This document shows positions 49,930 through 51,585 of a stretch of 51,585 bases of DNA, piece after piece (the stretch's first letter is position 1; each line of letters opens with the position of its first letter). The notes below the pieces were generated by a model. That model ran no database searches and was not told the origin of the DNA. It saw only the letters and a list, made by a program, of their open reading frames with translations. The DNA is taken from assembly GCF_018977255.1 (NCBI RefSeq), contig NW_024704767.1:198416-250000 (forward strand), read 5' to 3'. This stretch comes from Callorhinchus milii (Eukaryota). Both the position numbers and the translations under genes were made by a program.

Positions 49930-50092
49930 CTTGTTGTGCTTATCACATTGTAATTGGAATCTTGCAGCAGTTTAGCAATGACCGATTCAATGTCTTCACC
50001 CACGTAGCCAGCTTGGGTCAGGGTGGTACAATCACAGATGGCAAAGGGAACCTCTAGGCACCTGGCAAGAGTCTGGGCTAACAAAGTTTTAC
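49930..50092 (-). CDS. CLPX: CLPX exon (KT of Walker A, GYVG pore loop); 2 nt short at its 3' end
   Basis: [44 protein letters not shown]. Confidence 0.96.
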
Positions 50093-50526
50093 CTGGATTC
50101 AGAGAGAAAAGAACAAACAATGAAGCAGACTCCTCAATGGTTTGAGTTAAAAACTGCAGTGTTTTGTTCAATTTTCAAAAACACATTTAAAAAGGCAAAA
50201 TACTGATTTTTCTTTTCAGTCTTTAGCTAGGAGTCGACTGTTTGTGAGGACACAGGGACCACAAAATCTTTAAAGGTACTTCCAGAGGCCAAATAAGCTG
50301 ATTCATTGGTTAAGAATCAATCAAGTAAAGGTAATTTTAATAGGATTTCCTGGTCATAACAGTAGGATTAATTAATTAATGAATTAATTGAAGAATCTGT
50401 AAGTACAAATGGACGGCTTAAGATTGTAGAACGTTTTGGAAGCTTGTAGAGGATTCACAAATGATTCTGTGAAACAACAGCTAATGAACAGCACTCTTGA
50501 ATGATTCCCTTGATTTTAAAACCAAC

Positions 50527-50703
50527 CTGATCCTGTTGGACCTAGCAGCAGGATATTGCTTTTTTCCAGTTTAATGTCATCGTGAATGGAGTCCAGCACA
50601 TCTCCTCCCCGTTTCTCCTGAGGGACAGACTGACTTGCCTGTTGCTGCATCGAAGCTCCGAGTGCATTACCGTGTGGGCTGATGCCTGCAATCTGAAGTA
50701 GTT
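50527..50703 (-). CDS. CLPX: CLPX exon (Walker A start); upstream exons lie outside the window
   Basis: [21 protein letters not shown]...[14 protein letters not shown]; 177 nt. Confidence 0.96.
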
Positions 50704-51585
50704 CTGCGGAGGGAAAGAGAAGAAAAAACCTCCAGATAAGTTCTTCTACTGCGACACAAGATAGCCACACAATCAGGTTTTGCATCATTTTCATCTCAAT
50801 TGTTTAACATCTCCAAATTAAATGCTTATAAACAGCTGCTCCTTTAATTTTTTTTGATTTGTTTTTAAATGTTTGGATAAACTCTTGGAAATTCCATTGA
50901 ACATTAATTCTGGGTGAACGTCATTGTATGTGAAGCACGTGGACAAAAAGATGAGCGCTTCTCCACCGACAATCAAAAAATCCCTCTCGATAAAACCTAA
51001 TAAATTGATATCATAAAGATAATCAGGAGTGATAAAGCCTATAAAACAATCTTTGAATGCTTATAAAGTCATTCATACTTGCTTTTTCAGTTTACGACAT
51101 TTAAAACACTCTAAAAGAAAAACCAATAAAGAGTTATAAACCAGTTATAACGCATCTCGCCTGTGAGCCTGTGTATAGGACGCAGTTACTGGAAATGCAG
51201 TACTCTTTGAGCTTGTGGATGATCTGGCCAGCTTCCTGTGCAAGAAGCTACCAGTCAGTCTGCACTGGAAGCTACACCAGCAGTGACCTGACAACCTAGA
51301 AACGAGACTGGCAGCCATTATTTTCCGTGAACCAGTTACAGCATGTCCAATACAACCAGTGACAATTTATATAGAAGTTTATATGCAAAGTAAACACTTT
51401 TTTTGGTTAGACAGGTGTCTGATACATACAAAAAAAACCACGATTAAGAGTATCCACAACAAACTGTATGGAACTGTGTTTGGTCTGGATACTCTTGAGC
51501 ATGGTGATGGGTTTCCGCATGCGTCAGTCATGCAGCTGACAAAAAAAAAACACTTCAAAGCTCTTTAGAAACAAAGACTGGTTAG

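Overview
Vertebrate nuclear DNA, most likely a cartilaginous fish of the chimaera type; this is inferred from the SINE/L2/CR1 repertoire and protein divergence and is not proven. The window reproduces the gene order of human 15q22.31: SLC51B-like (OST-beta, +), RASL12 (-), single-exon KBTBD13 (+), UBAP1L (-), PDCD7 (-) and the last 8 exons of CLPX (-). Exons were reconstructed by hand from splice sites and phases. Introns and intergenic DNA are rich in tRNA-derived SINEs, L2/CR1 fragments and microsatellites. The main oddity is a near-identical 4.37-kb tandem duplication (33301-37671 / 37678-42038) containing the PDCD7 terminal exon plus the UBAP1L upstream region and first exons. Its junction assembles a potential chimeric mini-gene in which UBAP1L 5' exons splice into a PDCD7 last exon, predicting a 69-aa truncated UMA-domain peptide. 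Four genes carry 1-2 nt frameshifts, mostly at short base runs, which points to consensus errors, so single-base anomalies here need read-level checks. No prokaryote-type system is present.
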